Part shown: positions 1 through 11,149 of the stretch, one piece after another | How the letters are laid out: each line of letters begins with the position of its first letter | Position numbering within the stretch: position 1 is the stretch's first letter | The notes under the pieces: generated by a model | The model's input: only the letters and a program-made list of their open reading frames with translations | Told to the model about the DNA's origin: nothing | Database searches by the model: none | DNA from: Dimorphilus gyrociliatus | Taxonomy: Eukaryota; Animalia; Annelida | DNA length: 64,000 nucleotides | NCBI GenBank assembly: GCA_904063045.1 | Contig: CAJFCJ010000006.1 | Location: 3,364,408 to 3,428,407, forward strand | Direction: 5' to 3' | Position numbers and translations under genes: made by a program

Positions 1-165
1 ATGTCTGCTATAAACATAATATTTCGTATCTTAATCATATTTTTTTTTAATTAATTTTCATGAATCAGATTTATTAAAACATTATTTATCTAGTATTTTT
101 ATGTGATTTCCCGATCGTCTACGAAAGACCAAAAATTTGTACAAGAACCACACTAACGGTTTTCT

Positions 166-175
166 AAGATGGCGG
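166..175 (+). promoter_or_regulatory. YY1-like motif AAGATGGCGG just upstream of INCENP
   Basis: Matches the YY1 consensus AAGATGGCGG, 48 bp before the ATG. A similar AAAATGGCGG occurs near 5001, upstream of RGM. Confidence 0.4.
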
Positions 176-222
176 TGAGCGGTACTCGTATGACTTCATT
201 GTAGAGAAATTTCGCCAAAAAC

Positions 223-2290
223 ATGCCGAAAGCAAAGAAACCAGGCAGATCTGATCTGCTATTAAATCTGCGGATGTCGATTAACAAAACTTTGGTTCCA
301 TTGAGGGATCAATCGAATCAGATGATGGCTTATCTGGATGAAGTTGTACCGATGGCAAAGGAAACTATAAAAGCGTTAAAGTTAGAATCTGAACAAATAT
401 TTTTATGTTACTTAATCTTCTTAACATTTTTTTTTCACACTATAGAGAAAAACGAGATGATGCAGTATACGTTGTACCCAAAACTCCCACAGCTAAGAAA
501 AAACGAAAGGCGTTGCCTGGTGTAAGCACAAGGTGTACGAGGCGTATGGCCAAAATGCAGGGTTTAGATGATGAAAGCGAGAGTGAAACGACTTCTATGG
601 ATGCGTCGGTAGTTAAACATACAAGACCAAAAGTGGTAGATAGAGAAGTTACTTTCAGAAGTGAAGCGGAAGAGAGTGATAAGGAGAACAATTCTAAAAA
701 TAAAACAAACGTAAAATTATTTAATCAACAAACGGGCGAAAAGAGATCACGTAACAAAATGGATGAAAATACTGCCAAAAAGAAAGATAGCGAAGAACCT
801 GAGACAAAACGAAAAGCATACGCCTCGACGGAAAAAAAGAGTGATTCCAACGATTCAACTGAACCTTCACCCCCGGTAGACAAAACGAAGACAGACAGTG
901 ACGTTAGTACAGCTTCAAAAGATAGGCAAGATATAACTTCAGATGAAAGCGACGGAATCGAAGATGAAGACAATGATATGGATAATGATAATCATGACGA
1001 TGTAACAAATAAAAAATCTAAGCCTGCAGCTGAGCCGGAAAAACCGGCACCTGTTAAAAAGGTAGAGGAAAGAGTAATTAAACCTGCTGAAAACGAAAAT
1101 ATGCGTCAAACAAGATCTAAACTTAAAAAAATCGATGATAACATTTCACCAAGAAAACGAAAACAAGATGGCGATACTGAAACAACGGGAAAAATTCAAA
1201 AATTTGATTCACGGGAATCCTCAAACCAGCAAGAAATTAGAATCACCAGATCAAAAACCAAGCATATAATGGAAGCATCAACTATAAAACCAATTATTAA
1301 ACCGCGTCTTAATCATATTGATCCTCGAACAGGAATGCCGTTAACTTCATTCTTGCCGAGTGCCCTGAAAGGAACTCCTGACAGAGTGAATCGAATGAAG
1401 TTAGCCGAGGAACAAAAGAGAAAACAATTAGAGTTGAAAGAAAGAATTACGCGCGAAAGGCAAGAAGAAATGAAAAGAAATCAGCAATTACGATTGGAAG
1501 AACTTAGGAAGAGAAATGAAGAAAAGCAAGCTAAAGCAAAAGAACGACGAAATCAACTATCTCCATCAGTTGGACGAACTAATAATGTTCTTAGCAGTCT
1601 TCATGCTATGAGGTCGGGTCTTCCAAAACCCCAAACTGAAAGTCGAATTGAGATGACTGAAGAAGAAATGAGGAGAAAGAAACTAGAAGAACAGCAACAT
1701 TTAGAAGAGATAAAGAGAAAGAGAGAAGAGCACCGTCGAAAACAGGAATTGCAGAGGCAAATTGATGAAGAAGCTAAAAGAAAGAAAATCGAAGCACAGA
1801 GAATCGCCGAAGAGAAAGCAAGACTTGCGGCAGCTAAGAAAGTCGAAGATGAAAAGCTAGCTCTTTTGAAGAAAGAACGCCAAATGGCTATGCAATCGTC
1901 ATACCTGAACTCCACTGTTGATAGGATCGCGGAACCTCTATCGAGTGTTTCGTCTTACAATATAAATGATCTAGAGACAGATGGAGAATCAGATGATGAA
2001 GAGCATCCAAGGCACCGCTGCCCGACCTGGATAAGCGGTTAGTAATTGAAAACTTAAATATTTAATATATGTGTATTTTTGACGTTTTTAAATTCTCATT
2101 TGCAGACCAAAAGTTCAAGATATCTTTACTGAAACAAGCCATGTCGGATGATAGAGAGATTAGAAAGATTTGGGGACGAATTAAGCAACCGGATTTATAT
2201 GCCCTATTTACTCGTCAAAGCACAAGTTTTAGAAAACGAACGTCGAGTGCTCACTGGGATCATCCTATGGTGCCGCGAAGAGTTCCTTAA
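223..2290 (+). CDS. INCENP: Inner centromere protein (chromosomal passenger complex), 3 exons: 223-380, 446-2037, 2106-2290
   Basis: N-terminal YLDEVV...VPKTPTAKKKRK resembles the INCENP N-terminus. A long charged single-alpha-helix region follows, then the C-terminal IN-box (SYNINDLETDGESDDEEHP...W...KRTSSAHW). GT-AG introns 381-445 and 2038-2105 restore frame. Confidence 0.9.
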
Positions 2291-2440
2291 ATTAAAAAAT
2301 CAAACTTGATATTTGTTTTTTTTTTCATATTCAATGCTTGATGCCTTCTTATTTTTTTAAATAATGCTGTAGTCATCCATATAACTGATTTTAAAAACCC
2401 GCAAAAATAGTATATAGAAAAAAAAAAACGATATTTCATG

Positions 2441-2455
2441 AGCGCCATCTGGCAG
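2441..2455 (-). promoter_or_regulatory. CTCF-like motif (CTGCCAGATGGCGCT)
   Basis: Close match to the CTCF core CCRCYAGRTGGCGC; intergenic, just 3' of INCENP. Confidence 0.45.
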
Positions 2456-5298
2456 CTTACATCTGCTACTAATCTCGGACGTTAGATCTGATTTAATGGT
2501 TTATACGGGTTTCACAAGCGTATTTTTATAACCGACACCGAGTGTTTTTCTTATCGAACCGACGCTTGCGGTAAAAGTTTGCTTTGCAGTAGCGCATAGG
2601 CCTAGCGGCGATGACCTTTGAAAAAGTTGCGCTTGATAAGCGATACGTGTCAGCGAGCTAAACAGGCGGCGGCGAAAAATAACTGTGATTTGCGGACCAA
2701 TGAAGGCGCCGGAGCAATTTATTCAACTTTGCTTTATAGGCCGATTCCATTGTCTGAACGTGCGAATGCGCCGGGGGCGGTCCTATCGACCAGTAGAATG
2801 AGATCGGATATAAGAATTTCAATAGGGTATTTTAAAACGGAAAAAAAATATCTTTAATCTTTGTAAAAGTTTCCCGGTTTGTAAAGTCAAAATGGAAACA
2901 GTTTAAAGTGGGATAAGATAGATTTGAGATGGTTTTATTATCGGAAACCGTCTTTCAGGAACGAAATAATCCAATCCCCTCTAAATGCAATTAGATCTGC
3001 TCATTCAGCCGTATCTTTTGGCGTGAAAATATGCTAACCCCTTTTGAATATAGCTAACCTCTTCACAATTGCAAATTCATTTTTGATGAAACTTTTTCTT
3101 ATCACCTAGGTGGCGTTCTTGCATAATAAATCATTCTTTCTTTTTACGCGTTTACTCCTCATGCCTACCATGCTCGGTAGCTCCTACCGTTAAGAGAAAA
3201 AAATTGGGTAAGTTTGAAAAACTACTTATCTCCCTACTTTTCTTCTCTTTAGCTTAGCGTTTAGTTATTTGATTATAGGCCAAAATAATAAAATTAGATT
3301 GAATTGTAAATAGCGAACAGTTAAACAGTAGTATAAAATAAAAAAAAGGGAACGTGGCAAATTGGCCAGTTGCAAACGTTCATCAGAGCCGAATACAAAC
3401 AAATAACGAATGATTTGTGTTTATTTTACGAAGCGTTCGTTCGTCTCAGGTTATTTTTTCCTGATCGACGTGAATCTGTGTAGTAGAAAGAGAAAGGTAC
3501 GAAAGAAGAATAAGGGAAATAAATGAAATATCTTTGCCAAAAGTCGATCTTAAAGAAGGACGTCGGCGTCTTTTGATGTCTATATTTGATACAGAACTCG
3601 TACAGATGTTTGTAATTGCTACCCGGGGGCACCCACGAGGTTCCCGATTAAAGAAACTGTAATGAATTTTGCATATATTCCTGGAATATGAGGGTGGTGG
3701 CTAGAGCTTTATACATAATAGCTAATTGTAAGAATAAAAAGGGCGGCAGGTTATATAGGCGAAAGAAGAGTAAGGCGAAAACTGAAAAAAAAGCCGACAG
3801 AAGGAGAGACCGAAATGATAGAAAGATAAAATGATGAATAAGTGAAAAAGAGGGGATTGTAGGAGAAAATGAACAGGATAAGAGAGAAGTTTTCATTACC
3901 TAAAAAAAACATAAGAAAGAAAAATACTTGGCGCGAAATATAAAAAGAACACCTGCATGAACGCCGAATAGTTTGTGTACATACGTTCTTTCACACTCTT
4001 TCGAACGCCAATCCTTGCGGGGGCCTTTCAAGATATTCACTCTATTCGTCTTAATTGCCAAACGATTATTATAAATTGGACAGTTTACGATCGTCGAAAG
4101 ATAGAATTACTTAACATATAATAGGAGCCTATTGATTTGTCTCCTTCCTTCCGTATTTCCGTTATTCCCTTAGGGTACACTTTTTACCGGCGGGTGAAAA
4201 AGTAGGAAGAAAAAACCCCCCTCTTTTTCTCTGTTGAAATCGCCTGTTTAAGCTCGACAGCTTTGTTCATAGGCATTAGCGTAGCTACTTTTTCCGATTC
4301 ATTTGCATTACGCTGATCAGTTTACATGCATCTGCCCTCAGTTTGTTTGAAAGCGATCTCTAAGAACAGAAGGGATCCTTTGATGGTCAGGAAAGTGGAC
4401 TCTAAATTCCTTCTTTCCCCACCGTCAGCCTCTTGATCTGGTGATTGAACATGTTCTTCGGCTAGCTCGTGTTTTCTCCTTCTATTCAAGCGTTGTTTGA
4501 TTAAAGTCTTTTATGTACTATTTGTCCTTCTCTCTTTCCCTCCCTTTTTTATTTCGATTCCTTCATTATCCATTTCTTGCCGTCTCTAATACTACCAACG
4601 TGTTTTGAGATTTATTTACATTCGGTTTACAGATTTTCTCATTATAGGAGCGCTAATTGCTATTGGCCTTATATAACAAGCTCAAGACCCAGCAGGGTAG
4701 TTTTCAACAACCTTCCTCTTTAAAAAGATGTCAGGCGAATTTAATCAACTTTCAATAGCCCAATTCAAACTCCTCTTTGTATCTTATGGGGTTTCCTTTA
4801 TTGTAAGCGCTATGTGAATAATCGTTTCTTACCCTTAACAACTAATATTAAAAGAACCCTATATGACCCCTTGGACTTTTGGATTGCCAATCAAAGTCAG
4901 CGTAGTGATGATGATTGGATGGTTGTAGGACTAAACGGCTAAGTCCCGCCTATCGCTATTTGTTTTCTTTTGGTGAAAGCGGAGTGGGTCGCTCTTTCTA
5001 AAATGGCGGGTAGTAAGGTCTATGGGCGGAATCCATGATTGTTTCGTCATACCCCGTTACAAAAGCGTAGGCGATGAAAAGGTTAGATTCTATGGAGTGT
5101 TGACAGTCGAATTTGATTAGCGCTCGCTCAATGTGTATTCCGGTTTTTGCTGAATTTTTACAGCATAGGCAGAAAGATTTAATAGTTTTTCTATTGCAAA
5201 TCTACAATGACTATTCTTACTTTTAGATTTGAGGGATTAATGAGTATTTGGAAATTTTCGACATATTTATCGATTCGGAGAAGATGCTGTGACAGGTC

Positions 5299-7244
5299 AT
5301 GGACCAAACTCATCTGCCAACTTTAATTGTCATCTTAATTTTAATGCTTATGAAACGCGTTGAACAGTTAAAACTTTCTGGTAAGTGATAAATTGACAAT
5401 TATTTGACGTAATTGCGAAATTAGTCAATAATGTTTGTTTTCGGGTGATACACATGCAAATTTGTTGTAATTTGTGCCATACTCATATATCGCTCAATTT
5501 GTTTTGCTTATAAATTGCGAAAAGTTTACGCTGCTGGATCGATTTGCTAACATAAGATGAATGTTTTCTGTTTTACTTGTTTGCACTTGCACACATTGAC
5601 ACGTGCGGTTGTATGCCAAACATCAGTGTCTGGTGTTTGTCATGTGTAAACCCATTTCCTAACTTTTTACATCTTGTTAAATCAATTATTTTACCGCAGA
5701 ACCCTTGCAACGTCAATGCGACGATCTTCTTAGAAAATGCCATGGAGATTTATATTTACAAGCTCACGATTTTTATCGTATAGAAGATTTAATGGACCCA
5801 CCTGAACCCATTTCTAAGGATTATGCAGACAAAGCTTGCATCATATTACGAACAGTTTCAAACTGTATCGAAAGCCAAATAAAGAAGACTCCATCTCTTT
5901 CCGCTTGCCGCTCGACAACAAGCTATGTTTGGAACACTGGCCTCTTTAAGAGGAAAATGCAGAATTATTCCTGTTCCGCTAGCGGTAAATTATTTGATCC
6001 ATCTGTGCTCCCTACGGAGCCGAGCATGATGGAATATTGTGCTTTGGAAGATTCTCATACTCCTAGATTGCTTTGCTCATTAACGTCCGCCTCTCATTTA
6101 AAAACGTATAAAGGTCAAATGAACCATTGTCTAACGGAAGGCTCTTCAGTACTTGTTGATAACGAGTATCTACATGTGGTCACTACGGCTGAAAAACTAG
6201 TGTCAAGAGAAAATTATCATCCGGTGCTCGTTCTAAAGAAGGTCGGTTTATCAAAACGATTGGCGTTCTTATCGCTAACAGCTGTTCTCGCGTACCGCGG
6301 CAGAGCCGTGATAGCGCTTTGTTCAGTTTGCACGCCTATTGCCTATTTTCTATTAATTCTTAAATAGATTATTGATTCAAAGAGGTAGTAAAACAAATCT
6401 TACAAACTATGCTGGTGATAACTTAAAAGCCGGATATGTTAATTATATTGACGTGTGCTGAAAAGGGATTATCGCCTTTTTCTCGACTTGACCGGTCCGC
6501 CAGTCGTTGAATAAAAAACGTTATAAATTTAGCACGACACCTCTCTTATTCACATTTTAAGCCTTATTTATAAAATGTCACGTTCTTTTTATACAGATTA
6601 CGGTCGTATTTAAGAGTCATCCAAAGGACGAATGCTCACCGGAAGAAAACTATTTATCTTATACGGCCTCTTCAGATGAACAATTACCAGTTGTTCTCAG
6701 CAACGGCCTTACTCATGGAGGCGGAAAAGAATCTCGTTCAATTCGTCTCTTAAGACCGTCCAAAAATGAAACAGAAATATACGTTCGTTATATGAACAGT
6801 ACGATAGTTATTCGCCATTCTTCGCTCACTCTCTCTATCTCAATAGCCATTCCCCAACTATTTACAGTTGGTCAAGACTCATTTCAATTATGTAGTGACG
6901 GTTGCGAAAGAGACGCCACCGAAGACGTTCAGCGCTTTTTAGCTAAGAATCACAAAACAAGCTACGCCGAAAATATTTGCAGAAAATCAACTGTAGATCA
7001 GTATTTTGACTGTTGCGTGTTTGACGCCTTAGTTTTCGGAAATCATATGGCTACTCCTTTTTCTATATTTGCTCAGCGTGATGCCGTTCGGTTACAAATT
7101 GAAAAAGGATTCCTAACTGCCCTAAATCGAACTGATTTCACTAGCTATAAAATAGCTTATTCAAGAGCGAGTGAAAGAAATTTACCGTTTACTTCTCTCA
7201 TATTATTTTCTTTCATTTTCATTCTTCTTAAAAGTATTTGTTGA
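5299..7244 (+). CDS. RGM: Repulsive guidance molecule (RGM/hemojuvelin/DRAG-1) family protein, GPI-anchor-like tail; exons 5299-5380, 5700-6241, 6597-7244
   Basis: Signal-peptide exon MDQTHLPTLIVILILML with a gtaagt donor. CSLTSASHLKTY..C...G...LVDNEYLHV aligns with RGM CGLFGDPHLRTF..C...GAWPLIDNNYL. Also ITVVFK, YMNSTIVIR, QLCSDGC, DQYFDCCVFDAL and a hydrophobic C-terminus. All splice phases are consistent. Confidence 0.85.
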
Positions 7245-7532
7245 ATCTTTTACTCTATTTTTAAGTGTTCAAAAAGTATTATTTCCGATATGATTGTACT
7301 GACTGCTATTGTTAAACAATATTTATAATATTTCTAATCAAGAATTTTTTTTTTGGAGTAAAATATTACGTTAATCTATCACCATTAAACAATAAATAAA
7401 CTGTTTGTACAATTTTATATACTTCCGTCATTTAGGTCGACAATGATGCCATGAAAAATTATTTTTTTTTATAGCTTAAGTCAATAAATGTCATCGTTTG
7501 AACACGATAGATCAGTTATCTACTAGATTTCA

Positions 7533-10062
7533 TTAATTATTTTCGTGCAAATCAAATAGTTTAGCCACTTCAGTCAAATCATCATATTTCCTTTGTTCTT
7601 TTAATATTCTTCGGGCAATACTCATTTTGTTAAATACATTCCACATGACCATTCCAACAACTACATTATCCTTTGTGTAAAAGATTACCCCCTTTCCGAA
7701 GTCTTCTGTACCATTTGGGGGGGCTGGTTTTGTTTCCGAATCGACTTTAACCTTCTGTCGATAGTAAAGAATTTACTTGAAAAGGTAATTTATAATTTGT
7801 AGAATTTGAACTTAAAAACGGAATTAAAAATATTTTTTTTACGTCTAGAACTTACTTCAATGCAAACAGACTAGAAATTAATATCAATATAATTAAGTCT
7901 AATATATTAAGTTTTAAGAATCGAATGTAAATATCAATTAAAAATTTGAATAAGAAATATTTAAACAAAATTACCTCTTCGGTCTCACTTCGTAGATTTT
8001 CATTCGTTTCCTCAACAACAGCCCTTGGACTATCTGATTTACAGGCTTTTGCAAATACAGCCGTCGTTGGTAGGCTACTGTCAACAAGTCCAATCGCCTC
8101 ATACCCGACTTCCGGACCTAAATCAGACCAAAACATACTTTGGTGCCAATAGGGTTTAGATTTACCGGACATGTTCTCGCCGGCTAATCTTCCACTGACA
8201 ACAGCGTGGTCATGGTGTTCAACCCTACGTCTTCCTAATTTAATATCATAAAACGAAGCTGCATCTCCAGCAACCCAGATATCTTCTCTAGCTTTCATTT
8301 CTGCATTGACGAGGAAACCTCCACGAATAGGATCTACTTCAAGTCCTGAACATTCTGCAATGGAAACATCTGGCTCCAAGCCGATAGCGACAACAATGTG
8401 ATCAACTTGAATTTCTTGACCATTTGATAAAGTTAATGCTACTTTGTCATTTTTGCACATTGTGGCCTTTGTGAGAGTTGATTCAGGGATGATATTTACG
8501 TTTTCATTGCGAACTTTCTCCGTTGTCCAATTAGATAGATATTGAGGTAAAACTTTTCCCATGTTACCTTTCTCCGGGAATATTTGGTAAATTTTAGCAT
8601 TACTTTTTTTCGCTTTGTTTCCTAGAGCAACAGCCAATTCCGAGCCAAGAAAACCCCCTCCTATTACTGCAACGGACTTTCCTTTGCTCGTTACGCAATC
8701 AAGTTTTTGAAAATCAACAATTTTCCTGTAAACAGTTGTCCTCTTCTTTACTTCTTCATCTGAATTATCAATTATGGGATGTTGACGAGGTTTACCACCA
8801 GTAGCAATCAAAAGTTTATCGTAATTTATCTGCCATTTATTATCTAAGGAAACAACTTTGTTTTCGACGTCAATTTTTTGAACTTTACGACCAAGAGCAA
8901 CAGCAACACCTCCGCATGATTTATAAGGAAGTTCCTTTGGGCTAGTGTAGAAACAGTCTTTTTCATAGAATATGCTTCGTTCTTTTCCGTTCCATTGTTT
9001 GAACTTTAGATCTTCAGTAAGCTTACGACTGTCATTAAACCATAATTCCTTGGACAATGGCGGTCTCATGTATGGCAAATTGCATTCTTCACTGATGATG
9101 AGGACTTTTGCCTTCGGATTGTTAGTTCGAATAGCTCTGTAAGCCGCATTTGCTGCTGTACCTGCACCAATAATTAAATATGATGCATATCCTGGTATAG
9201 CCGGACAATTTTTCCAATCTGGATATTTAGGTGGTGGTAATCTCTTAGCACTCGGTCCATCACCCGGTTGATCTGGAGTTGGAGTATTTAAAACTACACA
9301 TTCTCTCTCCGGTTCCTTATCGCATTTTATAGAGATAGGATCATCTGCTCTTTTTTCTTTTCTCGACGTCGGTGAATCTGTTTTATCTTCTGGACAAATA
9401 CCAAGGAGAGCTAAAAATTCTGTCCAATTTTTCCATAGCTAAAAACAAAATATTGTTAATCTAAAAAAAAGACAGTAAAACAAATGTGCAAATATCTTAC
9501 ATAATATCCTAGTCCAGCAGCTCCAGCGGCTCCAATAATCAAGTATGGAGTTACAGATTCCTTAGTAGGTGGTGGTGGTGGTGGTGGAGGTAGTGGACGG
9601 TCTGATGAAGCATAACGTTTGTAGTTTCTAATGTAGGTTGGAGTTTGAAGAAAGCCTTGGGATACGAATTTTGGTAGTGTAAAGCCATTAATGTCTTTGT
9701 ATGGATCTCTGTCACCCCATTTACCATATCTTACGAGTTTATTAGCTTGTGTAACATCTTTATGAGCGCCATTTGAATAATTGCATTGTAAGATAGGGAT
9801 TGCAGTTTTCTCAAAGTCTTGAGCTGCAAAAAGTATTAGGTAATAAATCACAGTCAAATTCTATAGATTAATTGCTAATTGAGAAAATTCCAGAGGTCAT
9901 GGATGACATGCAAACAAGTAGAAATACAAATTATCGCTCATTTTTGTGCTAATTCAATTTTCGCTCTTCCAACATACCTTTGATATTTATTACCCTAGCG
10001 TTCAAATTATCAAACTTTCGAAGGAGCTGTTTAGTAGCAAACGATCGTCCAACACGTTGCAT
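7533..10062 (-). CDS. AIFM1: Apoptosis-inducing factor 1, mitochondrial flavoprotein; exons about 10062-9978, 9823-9500, 9439-7975, 7870-7856, 7754-7533
   Basis: YLIIGAGTAA FAD motif, LPYMRPPLSKELW, IGGGFLGSELA, RRRVEHHDHAVVSGRLAGENM, YWHQSMFWSDLGP, and C-terminal GKGVIFY...EVAKLF. Confidence 0.95.
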
Positions 10063-10240
10063 AATCTGTTGTATTAAGAATATTAAATCGAAATTCGGCG
10101 GCGGCCTAAGAACGGAAGTTGGTTATTTTTGAGTTTCAAATACTGAAGATTTACGTATATTCTGACGTATTTTGGCGGCTTAAAGAAAAGTTTAAAAAAT
10201 TGAAATATGTGAAAATGACGAAAATTTATTATGTGAGACA

Positions 10241-11047
10241 ATGTCAAAGAAGGAGCCGAATTGGTTGAGCACAATAGGATCTCTGTCATCAGCGAACACA
10301 ATTTTAAGTGGCGGCTTTGATGAAGAACTTGTCAAAATTGGAGAAAGAATAGCTAGAGCTGAGCCGGCCTATAGGAAAGCAGAGATGGGCAGGCAATTAA
10401 AGAGCACAAGCAAAGCGGATTCTCAAGGAAAATCTGAGAGAATGTTTAAAATTGAAACAATGCTAGACAATCTTATATCATCCTCAACGTCTGAATTGGA
10501 AGGCAATTTTTCAACGAATAACATAGGAACAGTAATGGCTGATAATGAAATCCCAAATATTGATTATGTCATGTCAGAGCCAATGCTTAACGGTTTATCT
10601 CAAAATAGAACGGCATTCATAACAAATTCTACGCCTTATTTACAAATTCCGATGTCAGAGCAACAATCCACTCTATCTTCTATTGTTAATGTTGAATATC
10701 TAAACGATTCAGTTGAAAACGACGTTGAAACTTCAGCTTATCTACAGGCAGCCAGTGGGGATTACTGTACGGATGAGGACGCTAGAAGTGACGATACAGT
10801 ACTCTCACTAGAAGCCTTCTGTAGCGAAAAGTCGATTAAACAACTTAAACTACTTGGTGAACGTTTGCTATTGTATGGAGAAAAGTTATGTCGTATTGGG
10901 AAAAAATTACAAAAATTGGAACAATCAAGAAGAATTAAAATCGGTACAATAAGACAGTTAGGTGGAACATTAGCATCTTTATCAAATAGACTAGAAGGGG
11001 CTGGGAAATTACTAAGAGTCTTTGATGAATCGAAAGAAGAGATATAA
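10241..11047 (+). CDS. Single-exon 268-aa protein of unknown function with helical LGxxL repeats
   Basis: Long uninterrupted ATG ORF in AT-rich DNA, divergent from AIFM1. No family recognised. Confidence 0.7.
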   Translation: MSKKEPNWLSTIGSLSSANTILSGGFDEELVKIGERIARAEPAYRKAEMGRQLKSTSKADSQGKSERMFKIETMLDNLISSSTSELEGNFSTNNIGTVMADNEIPNIDYVMSEPMLNGLSQNRTAFITNSTPYLQIPMSEQQSTLSSIVNVEYLNDSVENDVETSAYLQAASGDYCTDEDARSDDTVLSLEAFCSEKSIKQLKLLGERLLLYGEKLCRIGKKLQKLEQSRRIKIGTIRQLGGTLASLSNRLEGAGKLLRVFDESKEEI

Positions 11048-11086
11048 AAAAAGAGTTTTTTTATTTGTACAAGATTAGTAGTATTA

Positions 11087-11111
11087 ATATATATATATAT
11101 ATATATATATA
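11087..11111. repeat. (AT)n microsatellite between convergent stop codons
   Basis: Direct reading. Confidence 0.9.
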
Positions 11112-11149
11112 CAGTATATGAATGTTTTATTAAAGCAAATGTTTTAACA

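Noticed and set aside
440-1915. Minus-strand ORFs within INCENP, and other antisense or alternate-frame ORFs in the track (e.g. 7946, 10762, 17251, 19045, 44362, 50374, 53448, 57760, 58668)
   Set aside because: Shadow ORFs of real coding exons with low-complexity translations and no independent splice or start evidence.
2618-3896. Short ORFs 2618-2857, 3426-3632 and 3648-3896
   Set aside because: No family motifs and no consistent exon chain; the translations reflect CT/GA-rich tracts.
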